Source: Acidobacteriota bacterium (lineage in GTDB: Bacteria; Acidobacteriota; UBA6911). Taken from it: a stretch of 64,000 nucleotides of DNA. The notes under the pieces are model-generated. The model was given only the letters and a program-made list of their open reading frames with translations. It did no database searches and had not been told where the DNA came from. This document shows positions 1 through 9,091 of the stretch, piece after piece. Every line of letters starts with the position of its first letter. Positions within the stretch are counted from its first letter, which is position 1. A program made the translations under genes and the position numbers. The stretch lies in assembly GCA_016933615.1 (NCBI GenBank), contig JAFGAO010000068.1:840-64839 (forward strand). Reading direction: 5' to 3'.

Positions 1-791
1 ACTGGCGCTTGATTTTCTATTTTGGCGCCGCACTGACCGTTCTATTCATTCCTCTATTTCATTTCGTGATACCGGAATCCGTCCATTGGCTGGTGCGCAA
101 ACAACCGGACGGCGCGCTGGACAAAGTCAACACTATACTGAAACGTATCGGACATAATCCTGTTGCGGCGCTGCCGGAGATAAGCCCCGAAGCACGAAAA
201 AAATCCATTGGGGATCTTTTTGCACCGGGTCTGCTCCGGATAACAATCATAATAGCGGTTGCCTATTTTCTGCAGATTTTTACCTATTATTTCATACTGA
301 AATGGGTACCTAAGGTGGTCGTCAATATGGGCTTTACCTCCCCCGAAGGAGCAAGCATGTTGATGTACGCAAATATCGGGGGAGCCCTGGGCGGCATGTG
401 CCTGGGTCTTTTAAGCCGGCGACTTGAAGTAAAGAAGCTGACGATTGCGGTCCTGGTGCTTTCAGGTGTTTTCATTACTATACTGGGCCTGACACCGGCC
501 GACCTGACTTACTTTGCATTTCTAGTCGCGCTTTGCGGGTTTTTCGGGAATGCGGGCATACTGGGACTTTACGCCCTGTTTCCGGCTGCTTTCCCGACGC
601 ATGTGAGGGCATCCGGCACCGGTTTCGTGCTCAGCGTAGGCCGCTTGGGCGCAGGCTTGTCGCCGCCTTTTGTAGGTTATTTGTTCGACCGCGGATTAAT
701 CTTGCCCCGCGTGACTCTGCTTATAAGCATTGGTACATTCGTCGGAGCCGGAGTTCTATCCTTCCTTAAACTCAGGAAAACGGTGGAATGA
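1..791 (+). CDS. MFS transporter, C-terminal ~260 aa (5' end outside window)
   Basis: The frame of track ORF 9..791 stays open back to nt 3. TM-rich sequence with loop 'ESVHWLVRKQPDGALDKV', typical of aromatic-acid/H+ symporter-type MFS proteins. Confidence 0.75.
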   Translation, partial: WRLIFYFGAALTVLFIPLFHFVIPESVHWLVRKQPDGALDKVNTILKRIGHNPVAALPEISPEARKKSIGDLFAPGLLRITIIIAVAYFLQIFTYYFILKWVPKVVVNMGFTSPEGASMLMYANIGGALGGMCLGLLSRRLEVKKLTIAVLVLSGVFITILGLTPADLTYFAFLVALCGFFGNAGILGLYALFPAAFPTHVRASGTGFVLSVGRLGAGLSPPFVGYLFDRGLILPRVTLLISIGTFVGAGVLSFLKLRKTVE

Positions 792-869
792 TTCTTTAAA
801 AGCGCCCAATTTCCGAATCAAGTTCGAAGCATAGGAATGGGTGGTTCATGCAGTTTAGCGCAATGTCCA

Positions 870-1850
870 CTATATTGGATGCCGGACGGGTTGAAAACGC
901 ATTCTGTGAACGGCTTGTGTGTACTCATTCATCATTTTTTGTATGACTGCTGCCGCAGGTATTATTTCCCGTATCAATCCGGCGGAGGATCCGGCATAGG
1001 CATCCCCGTTTTCCATGTCTCCCAAAAGCTGTCCCTTACGGGTCCTGCCGCGGCCGATAAATCCCTCAATTCGTTCCTTGCCGGCACCGGAACGTTCCAT
1101 TTCGGCGAGATCCTCTAAAAACCGGGACTTGAGACTTCGAACCGGGATGCTGCCCCGTCTCGTTATCAGGGTTGCATTATCTCCGGAATCCATAATGGCC
1201 TTCTTATAGGCAGAATGGGCCATGCATTCTTCGGAGGCGACAAAGCGTGTGCCCAACTGCACGCCCGAGGCTCCGAGGGCGAAAGCGGCAGCCATTCCCC
1301 GCCCGTCGGCGATGCCTCCGGCGGCTATAACCGGGATTTTAACCGCATCGGCCACCAGTGGAAGCAGCGACAATAGGGGGATTTCTTCGCGCGCGATGCG
1401 CCCCGCCGCCTCGCAACCTTCTGCAACGACAATATCGACACCGCAGGATTCCGCCAGCCGGGCCTGAGACACTGAACCGATCACATGCAGGACCTGCATG
1501 CCGGCGCAATGAAACAACTCTGTATATGTGCCCGGATCTCCTGCGGCGGTAATGACGATAGCCGCTTCTTCCCGGAGCAGCACATCCACAAGCCGCCCGC
1601 TTTCCGGAAGATCCAGAAGGATATTTACCGCAAACGGCTTATCCGTCCGTCGCCGAATCCGCTGAATCTGGAAGCGAAGGTTTCGGGCGGGATCGCCGTT
1701 TCGAGTCATCCCGGCATGAGGGCTGAGAGTGCCGAGTGCGCCCGCTTCGGAGACGGCGGCGGCAAGTCCCGCCTCCGCAAGCCGGAACATCCCTCCCTGA
1801 ATGACGGGGTACTCGATCCCTAAAAGCCTGCAGACGCGGTTCTTTTCCAT
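870..1850 (-). CDS. NPD-type FMN oxidoreductase (nitronate monooxygenase / FabK-like)
   Basis: 326 aa. N-terminal 'LLGIEYPVIQGGM' and 'VIAAGGIADGRG' TIM-barrel FMN-binding signatures of the 2-nitropropane dioxygenase family. Confidence 0.8.
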   Translation of the reverse strand: MEKNRVCRLLGIEYPVIQGGMFRLAEAGLAAAVSEAGALGTLSPHAGMTRNGDPARNLRFQIQRIRRRTDKPFAVNILLDLPESGRLVDVLLREEAAIVITAAGDPGTYTELFHCAGMQVLHVIGSVSQARLAESCGVDIVVAEGCEAAGRIAREEIPLLSLLPLVADAVKIPVIAAGGIADGRGMAAAFALGASGVQLGTRFVASEECMAHSAYKKAIMDSGDNATLITRRGSIPVRSLKSRFLEDLAEMERSGAGKERIEGFIGRGRTRKGQLLGDMENGDAYAGSSAGLIREIIPAAAVIQKMMNEYTQAVHRMRFQPVRHPI

Positions 1851-1977
1851 GTAGGGCCGCCAATCGTTTCCCGTTTCCGGCTCCCGGGCATGTCCCGTTA
1901 CAGGGAACCTTCATCGATAAGCCATGAAACAAAAGCTTCCCCGGCAACGTGGTCTCCAGGTCAGAAAATGAATCTGA

Positions 1978-2118
1978 CTAGTCCGACGAGGGAAGCGGCT
2001 TCGGTTCCTGAAGTTTCATTTCTTGGCCGCAGCAGGTAAAGGTGCCCTCGCCGGCCTTGGTGCAGAGAACTTCGGTGCCGCATTTTTCGCATTTATAGCG
2101 CTTGCCTAGCTGACTCAT
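1978..2118 (-). CDS. desulforedoxin-like small metal-binding protein (46 aa), not in ORF track
   Basis: Hand translation gives MSQLGKRYKCEKCGTEVLCTKAGEGTFTCCGQEMKLQEPKPLPSSD. The pattern YKCxxCG...GTxxCCGxxM matches desulforedoxin (CxxC + CC). AAAGG lies about 12 nt upstream of the ATG. Confidence 0.65.
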   Translation of the reverse strand: MSQLGKRYKCEKCGTEVLCTKAGEGTFTCCGQEMKLQEPKPLPSSD

Positions 2119-2156
2119 AGTGCGTTTTACCTTTCAAGCAATTTCATGCCGGGAAA

Positions 2157-2276
2157 TTACTTTTTTATTTCCATCGGCCGGCCGCAGCAGGTCACCGTTC
2201 CGTCTCCGCCTCGGGTGACGATGACCTCCGCACCGCATTTGGAACATTTGTATCGCTTGCCCACCTGATTTGCCAT
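2157..2276 (-). CDS. desulforedoxin-like small metal-binding protein (39 aa), not in ORF track
   Basis: Hand translation gives MANQVGKRYKCSKCGAEVIVTRGGDGTVTCCGRPMEIKK, with the same CxxC...CC pattern. A GGAAGGGGGAA Shine-Dalgarno-like run lies just upstream. It is a tandem paralog of 1978..2118. Confidence 0.7.
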   Translation of the reverse strand: MANQVGKRYKCSKCGAEVIVTRGGDGTVTCCGRPMEIKK

Positions 2277-2431
2277 GGTTCCCCCTTCCATTCAGTTGAA
2301 TCCAAAACGCCTTTTACCCGGGCCGCGGTCCCACCTTACGGGACCGGCAGATCCCTCGTTCTCCGTCTCTCGTTCAGGATTCTTTACGGAGGTTAAAAAC
2401 AGACAATCTATCCATGCAATCCAATTATTAT

Positions 2432-3106
2432 TTATAGCTCTATCTCTTTCAGGTCGGGAGCAACCAGAAGCTTCGGCTCCGTCACCGACTGAATATCCTC
2501 TATCCTCAGGCCGGGGTATAATTCCCGCAAAAGAATCCCTTCGGGCACAACCTCCAGCACCGCCAGGTCGGTAAATATCTTATGCACCTTTTTACGGGCA
2601 GTCGCGGGGTAGGTCAGCTCCCGCACCAGCTTGGGAGTGCCCTCGCGGGTCGTATGCTCCATCGCTATAAAAAGCTTCCTGGCGCCGGATGCAAGATCCA
2701 TGGAACCGCCGATATTACCAACTCCGTTCAATCCCCTGGACGGATTCATCCAGGAAGCGAAATCCCCGGCCTCATTGACCTGAAACGCCCCCATAACGGT
2801 AACGTCTATATGACCGCCCCGTATCATGGCGAAGGACTCGCAAATATCGAAATATACCGACCCTTCCACTTCCGTAACGGGCTGGCAGCTTGCATTGATG
2901 AGGTCCTGGTCCGCGGCGTCACCCTCGGCCAGGCTGCCTGTCTTCAGCATTCCGATCTCCGACTGGAGGATTACGTCCCGGCCCTCCAGCCAGTTGCTCA
3001 CCAGAGTGGGGATCCCTATTCCAAGATTGACATAAGAATTGTCTTCGATTTCTTTGCTCACCCGCAAAGCGATGATTTCACGGGGTAGGCCTTCGTATTT
3101 TCTCAA
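2432..3106 (-). CDS. family-I (3-oxoacid type) CoA-transferase, subunit B
   Basis: 224 aa. 'NLGIGIPTL' and 'LQSEIGML' (SENG-type catalytic Glu region) are typical of ScoB/AtoA. Confidence 0.9.
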   Translation of the reverse strand: MRKYEGLPREIIALRVSKEIEDNSYVNLGIGIPTLVSNWLEGRDVILQSEIGMLKTGSLAEGDAADQDLINASCQPVTEVEGSVYFDICESFAMIRGGHIDVTVMGAFQVNEAGDFASWMNPSRGLNGVGNIGGSMDLASGARKLFIAMEHTTREGTPKLVRELTYPATARKKVHKIFTDLAVLEVVPEGILLRELYPGLRIEDIQSVTEPKLLVAPDLKEIEL

Positions 3107-3172
3107 ATTCCGCCTCCTGTACTTTAGCGGGAAAAATTTATCACCACTGCGGATTCAACGGTGCGCCGCGGA

Positions 3173-3922
3173 TCATACATTCGTAATTTCAAAGGCGATC
3201 CGGGGCACCGGGATCACTCTGTGCACGAATATTCCGGGAGTGTGTACGGAATCCGGCTCGAGATCTCCGGAAGCCGCCAGGTTTTCCACTTCGGCCACGG
3301 TAACGCGTGCGGCCATCGCCATAACATGATTGAAATTCCGGGCCGTCTTTCGGTAGCGCAGGTTGCCTTCGGAATCCCCTGAATAGGCATGAACAAGTGC
3401 GAAATCCGGTTTGAGCGCATATTCCAGGACGCATGTCCGCCCGTCAATGGTGCGGATCTCGCGCTCCTTCCGCTTGCCCTCGATGTTGGTGATTACCGAC
3501 TGCTCCACCATCGATCCGATGCCGACCGGGATGTAGCTGGCCGGAATGCCCGCCCCAGCCATCCGGTATTTTTCGCTCAAAGTTCCCATCGGGTAAACCT
3601 CGAATTCGATTTCCCCGGACCTTACTTTCTGCTCCAGAGGATGCCGGGCGCCCCTGGAGGCGGACCGAAAAAGCCCGTAGGAATCGATGATTTTCCGGAT
3701 CTGGCCGTTTTCCACCAGCGCATCCAGTTCGTCTTTCGCTCCCAGAAGCGGCCCCGAACCACAGGCCAGCGTAAGGCCTTTCACCTCCTTTTCGATAAGA
3801 GCCCTCAAAAGCAGCCTGGGCACTCCTGCAGCGAAAAATCCTCCCACGGCAACCGTCGCGCCGTAGTCGAGGCCCGACAGAGCTTCCCGCATATCCTTTA
3901 CAACTTTATTCATAAACTCCAT
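3173..3922 (-). CDS. family-I (3-oxoacid type) CoA-transferase, subunit A
   Basis: 249 aa. 'GATVAVGGF', 'EFEVYPMGTL' and 'GDSEGNLRY' are typical of ScoA/AtoD. It sits directly upstream of the B subunit. Confidence 0.9.
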   Translation of the reverse strand: MEFMNKVVKDMREALSGLDYGATVAVGGFFAAGVPRLLLRALIEKEVKGLTLACGSGPLLGAKDELDALVENGQIRKIIDSYGLFRSASRGARHPLEQKVRSGEIEFEVYPMGTLSEKYRMAGAGIPASYIPVGIGSMVEQSVITNIEGKRKEREIRTIDGRTCVLEYALKPDFALVHAYSGDSEGNLRYRKTARNFNHVMAMAARVTVAEVENLAASGDLEPDSVHTPGIFVHRVIPVPRIAFEITNV

Positions 3923-4041
3923 CCCGTATGATTTTACCCTCGCCGACTCAGTCGGCGCTTCTGCTTAAACCGCATCGGGGAGCGGGCCGGTTCTTCTATC
4001 CCCGTCGGCATTTTGAACAAGCAATAGAATTAGACGAATCT

Positions 4042-4830
4042 TCACTTCGACGCACTTCGGCATTGAAGGGCCAGCCGCCGCTCCAGGTCGAGGCCCTGAT
4101 CGAGCGTCATATCCATACCCCTGACAACGGCCTGCTTGGCGCTTCTGACAACCCGGGGATCCAGGGAAGCGATCTCAAGCGCCACTTCCTCCGCAGACTG
4201 CAACAGCCGTTCTCCGGAAACGAGATGACTGACCAAACCCGATTCAAATGCTTCCCTTCCCTTGCACCGTCGTCCGGTCAGGAGCATGTCCAGCGACCGC
4301 CCCAGACCAAGAAGCCTCGGCAGCGTCTGCGTGCCGCCGGCTGCCGGCAGGATTCCCAGTTCGACTTCGGGGAGCCCGAACACGACATCCTCCGACGCGA
4401 TGCGCAGGTCGCAGTACAGGGCGATCTCAATCCCGGATCCCAGGACGTACCCGTGCAGGGCCGCAATCAGGGGCTGAGGCACGCTCAGAAAAAGCCTCCA
4501 GAGGTCGCGTAGCGCGCGGATTCGCCTTGCCTTGATCGCTGAAGGAGCGGTCAGGAACTCCTTCAGGTCGGCCCCGGCGCAGAAGGCCTTTTCGCCGGCG
4601 CCCCTGAAAATCACCGCACGGATCTCGTCATCGATCTTTATGGCGCTCAACACTTCGTACAGATCGTCCCGCATCCGGACGCTGAACGCGTTCAAGGCCT
4701 GCGGCCGGTTCAGCGTCACACGGGCGATGCCCCGGTCGTCTTTTTCAAAAATTACGGTCTCGAATGCGCCCATCGGTAACCTTCCCGGCAGCCGTGTAAA
4801 GCCGGCATGAAAAAGAGGAATCCGCTTCAT
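4042..4830 (-). CDS. enoyl-CoA hydratase/isomerase (canonical crotonase)
   Basis: 'ARVTLNRPQALNA', 'GAGEKAFCAGADL', 'GLPEVELGILPAAGGTQ'. The ATG at 4830 overlaps the stop of the upstream gene (ATGA), which suggests translational coupling. An alternative start is M20 at 4773. Confidence 0.85.
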   Translation of the reverse strand: MKRIPLFHAGFTRLPGRLPMGAFETVIFEKDDRGIARVTLNRPQALNAFSVRMRDDLYEVLSAIKIDDEIRAVIFRGAGEKAFCAGADLKEFLTAPSAIKARRIRALRDLWRLFLSVPQPLIAALHGYVLGSGIEIALYCDLRIASEDVVFGLPEVELGILPAAGGTQTLPRLLGLGRSLDMLLTGRRCKGREAFESGLVSHLVSGERLLQSAEEVALEIASLDPRVVRSAKQAVVRGMDMTLDQGLDLERRLALQCRSASK

Positions 4831-5582
4831 TCTCCCTTGAATTCCGGCTTTCTTTTTTCTTTGAAAGCGTTGATCCCCTCAGTACGGTCGGACGCGCCGA
4901 ACAAGAGCAGATAGAGATCCATTTCCTTGCCGATTCCCTGATCGAGAGTCAGATCCATGCCGCTGTAGAGGGCTTCTTTCGCGAAATGGAGCGATAAAGG
5001 AGATTTCAGCGCCATTTGCCGGGCCAATTCCATGGCCGAAGCCTCCAGTGCATCCGGTGCAACCACACGGTGCACGAGTCCGATCTTGAGGGCTTGGGCG
5101 GCATCGATCGATTCGCCGGTCAGTATCATTTTTATCGCCCGGCTCTGTCCGATCAGCCTCGGAAGCCTCTGTGTTCCCCCATTCGAAGGGATTCTCCCAC
5201 GGCAAGTTTGACGCATTGCGAAAACGGACGCGTCGGTGGCGATCCTGAGATCGCACGCGAGCGCCAGTTCCAGTACCAAGTCGGTGGCGTCTCCCCTTAC
5301 CGCGGCTATAACGGGCCGTTTGATGCCGGAAACCGCTTCAACCGGAGATAATACCCCCGCTTCTCCGGAAGAGATCCGATCCGGCAAATCGTGCATTCGC
5401 CCGCCAAAGAACAGCACGACGATTCTGGTCTCTTCATCCCAGGCGATCTGTTCGCACAGCCCGGAAAAATCCGTCCAACGCTGCGACAAAGCTTCTTCAT
5501 CAGCCGGCAGATCGTTCAGATCCACGACGATGCAAAATCCGTCCTTACGCCAGCCCAGAGTTTTATATTTCCGTGCGTCCAC
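4827..5582 (-). CDS. crotonase-fold protein with degenerate active-site motifs
   Basis: Crotonase C-terminal half ('GGTQRLPRLIG', 'ELALACD', 'EGINAFKEKRKPEF'). 'FFGGRMHDL' replaces the AGADL oxyanion motif and 'AMRQTCRG' replaces PE(V/L)xLG. Start chosen at GTG 5582, 9 nt after AAGGAG. The track ORF extends to 5807, probably spuriously. Confidence 0.7.
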   Translation of the reverse strand: MDARKYKTLGWRKDGFCIVVDLNDLPADEEALSQRWTDFSGLCEQIAWDEETRIVVLFFGGRMHDLPDRISSGEAGVLSPVEAVSGIKRPVIAAVRGDATDLVLELALACDLRIATDASVFAMRQTCRGRIPSNGGTQRLPRLIGQSRAIKMILTGESIDAAQALKIGLVHRVVAPDALEASAMELARQMALKSPLSLHFAKEALYSGMDLTLDQGIGKEMDLYLLLFGASDRTEGINAFKEKRKPEFKGE

Positions 5583-5810
5583 CGTTATAGTCTCCTTGAA
5601 CCGGGTGCGCGGCTCCGGGATTTGGAGTCTCCGCATTCCTGAGGGCAAGTCGCAAAATTTCGGAATACACATCATATGGCAGGAGGAACGTGATAACCAG
5701 TAGAGATTGGCCGGTATTCCGTTATAGGAATACGGGCCTGTCTTTAAAAACAGGCGTATACCGGGCGGCCACTCTTGGATGTGTCTGTGCCGGGCTGCTG
5801 CAGTCACGCA

Positions 5811-5839
5811 TTCATAAGGCCGGTAAAAAATGTTAGAAT
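5811..5839 (+). promoter_or_regulatory. candidate sigma70-type promoter for the AOR/TRAP block
   Basis: TTCATA (5811-5816), 17-nt spacer, then TGT-TAGAAT (extended -10, 5834-5839), about 100 nt upstream of the AOR ATG. Motif match only. Confidence 0.3.
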
Positions 5840-5938
5840 CGCCTCTCGGGATTCAGGCCCGGTGGTGTTTGGAGCCGGGAACAACCTTCTGCGCGATTTC
5901 GAAAATGACGTACCAGGAAGCAACAGGAGCAAATAATA

Positions 5939-7786
5939 ATGGCAGAAAAACCAGGCGGGTATCTGGGGCGCGTTCTGCGCGTAAATCTCGGCAGTGAGAA
6001 AATAACGATAGAACCGCTGGACCACTCCATTCTCCGCAAGTTTGTCGGCGGCGCGGGTCTGGGAGCCAGGTATCTTTACGAAGAAGTGCCCCCCTCCGTC
6101 GAGTGGTCCGACCCGGATAACAGGCTGGCGTTCTTTTCCGGACCTTTCGGCGGCACCCGGTATGCGGGATCGGGGATGATATCCGTCGTCAGCAAGGGAC
6201 CGATGACCCATATGGCCGGTTCCTCGCAGGCCAACGGCTTTTTCGGCACTTTCCTGAAATTTTCCGGTTTTGACGGCGTGATCATTCAGGGGGCGGCCAG
6301 CGACTGGAAATACCTGCGGATTCATGACGGAACGGCCGAACTGCGCGATGCGCGGGACCTTCTCGGCCGGGACACCCTGGAAACCGAAAACATCATCCGC
6401 AGTAGACTCGACCGTCAGTGCAGCGTTTACGGCATCGGGCCGGCGGGGGAAAATCTTGTGCGCTATGCGGCCATATTCGGCGATCACGGGCACGTAGCGG
6501 CCCACAACGGACTTGGCGCCGTGATGGGATCTAAAAAATTGAAGGCGGTCGCGGCCGAGCGGGGGCACGAGAAAATCGAGGTCGCCGATCCGGAGCGGTA
6601 TGCCGCGGCGGTAAAGGAATTTGCCCGGAAATTCCACAAAATGCAGCATCCACTGTTCCAGTACGGAACCGCCGATCTCGTCGGACTGGCAAAAAAACTC
6701 GGCTGGCTTCCGGTGAAGAATTACACCACGAGCGAATTTCCCGAATTCGAAAAATTCACCGGGGAATCCATCCGCAGGAATTTCAAGACCAAATCCACAC
6801 CCTGCTGGGCATGCCGCAAGGGGCACACCTGCTCGATTCAGATAGAAGAAGGCCCTTTCGCCGGATTCGAGGGGGAGGAACCGGACTACGAGGGCGTGGC
6901 CGCCATGGGTTCGCTGATCGGCCAGACCGATCCGGCAACGACCATTTACCTGTGCAACATGGTGGACCGCCTTGGCATGGACATCAACGAAAGCGGGTAC
7001 GTCATCGCCTGGCTCATGGAATGCTACGAAAAGGGATATCTCAAGAAATCCGACCTGGACGGCGTCGAAATGACATGGGGAAACGGCGGCGCGGTTATGG
7101 AGATGCTGAAAAAGATCGCCTACCGCGATGGATGCGGCGACCTGCTGGCCGAAGGCGTCAAGCGTGCATCGGAAAAGATCGGGGGAGAGGCCGCCGACTG
7201 CGCGGTCTATACGCTGAAGGGGGCTTCCCCGCGTACGCACGATCACCGCGCCAACTGGCCGGAACTCATCGATACCTGCCTGTCCAACACCGGGACCATC
7301 GAAGTGACCGGCGGCGCGCCCAAACCGGAGGAACTGGGCCTGGAGCCGGTGAAAAATCCGGCCGATCCCGTTGAAGTGTCCGGCATGAACGCCAAACTCA
7401 ACGGCAAGGGGCAGTTTCTGGACAGCCTGCCGCTTTGCCGCTTCTGCATGCAGGATTTTAAATCCCCGATCGAGGCGCTGAACATCATCACGGGATGGGA
7501 TATGGATATTGCGGAAGCGATCGATGCCGGGCGCCGCGTGGTCAACCAGTTCCGGGTCTTCAATTTCCGGCATGGCCTGACCAAGGAAATGGAGGCCCCC
7601 TCCGTCCGTTACGGCTCTACTCCGTCGGACGGTCCGGCCGAAGGCAGAGCCATCATGCCCCAGTGGAACGCCTTGCGCCGGAACTATTACGAGCAGATGG
7701 GCTGGGATCCCGAAACCGGAAAGCCGCTTCCCGAAACGCTGAAAAAACTCGGCCTGCCGGACCTGATCCCGGGGCTATCCTCATGA
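5939..7786 (+). CDS. aor: aldehyde:ferredoxin oxidoreductase family (tungstopterin/[4Fe-4S])
   Basis: 615 aa. N-terminal 'GYLGRVLRVNLGSEKI', 'GGAGLGARYLY', a Cys cluster 'CWACRKGHTC' and C-terminal 'DSLPLCRFC' are typical of the AOR family. Confidence 0.9.
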   Translation: MAEKPGGYLGRVLRVNLGSEKITIEPLDHSILRKFVGGAGLGARYLYEEVPPSVEWSDPDNRLAFFSGPFGGTRYAGSGMISVVSKGPMTHMAGSSQANGFFGTFLKFSGFDGVIIQGAASDWKYLRIHDGTAELRDARDLLGRDTLETENIIRSRLDRQCSVYGIGPAGENLVRYAAIFGDHGHVAAHNGLGAVMGSKKLKAVAAERGHEKIEVADPERYAAAVKEFARKFHKMQHPLFQYGTADLVGLAKKLGWLPVKNYTTSEFPEFEKFTGESIRRNFKTKSTPCWACRKGHTCSIQIEEGPFAGFEGEEPDYEGVAAMGSLIGQTDPATTIYLCNMVDRLGMDINESGYVIAWLMECYEKGYLKKSDLDGVEMTWGNGGAVMEMLKKIAYRDGCGDLLAEGVKRASEKIGGEAADCAVYTLKGASPRTHDHRANWPELIDTCLSNTGTIEVTGGAPKPEELGLEPVKNPADPVEVSGMNAKLNGKGQFLDSLPLCRFCMQDFKSPIEALNIITGWDMDIAEAIDAGRRVVNQFRVFNFRHGLTKEMEAPSVRYGSTPSDGPAEGRAIMPQWNALRRNYYEQMGWDPETGKPLPETLKKLGLPDLIPGLSS

Positions 7787-7951
7787 CACGCTCCGCCGCT
7801 GTCTCCCGGACACGGAAAATTGAATGCGCCATCCGGAGTTAGGTTCCTATAGTGTGCGGAATCCGATGAATTTCAGGAAACACTACGGAGGATTTTCTGG
7901 CGCAATGCCGTTTGACGACAACGATCTCAACGGAATTGAAGACGGACTGAA

Positions 7952-8965
7952 ATGAAACACGGCCTGCCGGGCCTCCTGCTCCTGCTGATTCTGACAGGTT
8001 CGGGCTGCCCGCAAAAAAAACAGGAGATTCAACTCGCTTTCACAGGAGCCCTGCCCTCCCACGACCGACTCAGCCAGGTGCTGGAGGAATGGGGCCGGGA
8101 CCTGGAAGCGAAAAGCGGCGGAGAACTGAAAACAGTCTTTTATCCCGGAGGCATTCTCACTCCGGCGTCCCAGCTTTTTGACTCCGTAACCACCGGCATA
8201 GCCGATATCGGATTCGGCCCGACGGGAGTCACTCCCGGCCGGTTTCCCCTGACGGAGGTTCTGGAATACCCGCTGGGCATTAAAAGCGCGTTTGCCATGA
8301 CGCAATTGTCCAACGACTTTTTCCGGAAGTTCAAGCCGCGGGAATTCGACCGCGTCAAGGTTCTCTTTTTCATGAGCGCCAGTCCCGGACAGCTGCACAC
8401 CAAAAGGCCCGTCCGCAGACTCGAGGATTTAAATGGAATGAGAATACGGTGCCTCGGGGGGAACGCGTCCAAAGTGCTCAAAGCCCTGGGTGCGGTTCCC
8501 ATCGTCCTATCTACGGGGGACACCTATGATGCACTGAGGAAAGGCATCGTGGACGGAGTGGTGGCGGCATGGGATTCACTGGAAACCCTCAAATGGGGAG
8601 AAGTTTTGCCATACACTACCGTGAGCCATCATGCGGCCGTCGGCGCCCCCGGTTTCGTCGTCATGAACCGGAATGCCTGGGAAAGCCTTTCCCTGGAATT
8701 ACAGGGAATCATCGATGCCATGTCCGAGGAATATGCCGAGAAGTTGAGCAGGATCTGGGATGAAAAGGACCGCAATACCATCCAAAAGTGGAAGGCCCGG
8801 AATCATGTCTCCATCTGCTTGAGCGAGGAGGAGGAGAAAAGATGGGGCGATGCCGTATCTCCGCTATACGAAATGTTCATCAGGGAAAAATCCGCCCGGG
8901 GGCTGGATGCCGCGGCTGCATGGAAGTACTGCAAGGACTGGGTGCGCAGCAACGCCCTGCAATGA
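7952..8965 (+). CDS. dctP: TRAP transporter solute-binding protein (DctP family)
   Basis: 337 aa. Signal/lipoprotein-like N-terminus 'LLLLLILTGSGC'. It is followed by DctQ- and DctM-type genes. Confidence 0.8.
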   Translation: MKHGLPGLLLLLILTGSGCPQKKQEIQLAFTGALPSHDRLSQVLEEWGRDLEAKSGGELKTVFYPGGILTPASQLFDSVTTGIADIGFGPTGVTPGRFPLTEVLEYPLGIKSAFAMTQLSNDFFRKFKPREFDRVKVLFFMSASPGQLHTKRPVRRLEDLNGMRIRCLGGNASKVLKALGAVPIVLSTGDTYDALRKGIVDGVVAAWDSLETLKWGEVLPYTTVSHHAAVGAPGFVVMNRNAWESLSLELQGIIDAMSEEYAEKLSRIWDEKDRNTIQKWKARNHVSICLSEEEEKRWGDAVSPLYEMFIREKSARGLDAAAAWKYCKDWVRSNALQ

Positions 8966-8976
8966 CGCCGCGGGCA

Positions 8977-9091
8977 GTAGGGGCGAACCTTGTGTTCGCC
9001 CGTCTTGGGAAGAGTCACACGGTAGGGGCAAACCTTGTGTTCGCCCGTCTTGGGAAGAGTCACACGGTAGGGGCAAACCTCGTGTCCGCCC
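8977..9091 (+). repeat. REP-like palindromic element, 45-nt unit x2 plus a partial third copy
   Basis: GTAGGGGCGAACCTTGTGTTCGCCCGTCTTGGGAAGAGTCACACG at 8977-9021, repeated at 9022-9066, with a degenerate partial copy at 9067-9091. The core hairpin is GGGCGAAC/GTTCGCCC. Confidence 0.9.

Noticed and set aside
5804-7573. 589-aa minus-strand ORF, the longest in this region
   Set aside because: It is exactly antisense to the AOR gene. The sequence is Arg/Gly/Pro/Ala-rich with no family signature, whereas the plus-strand product has clear AOR motifs. This is a typical GC-rich shadow ORF.
8977-9091. Possible CRISPR array (also considered for 30611..30697 and 57613..57669)
   Set aside because: The repeats are directly abutting or separated by identical sequence with no unique spacers. 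The units are 11-45 nt and share the REP palindrome. No cas genes are present.
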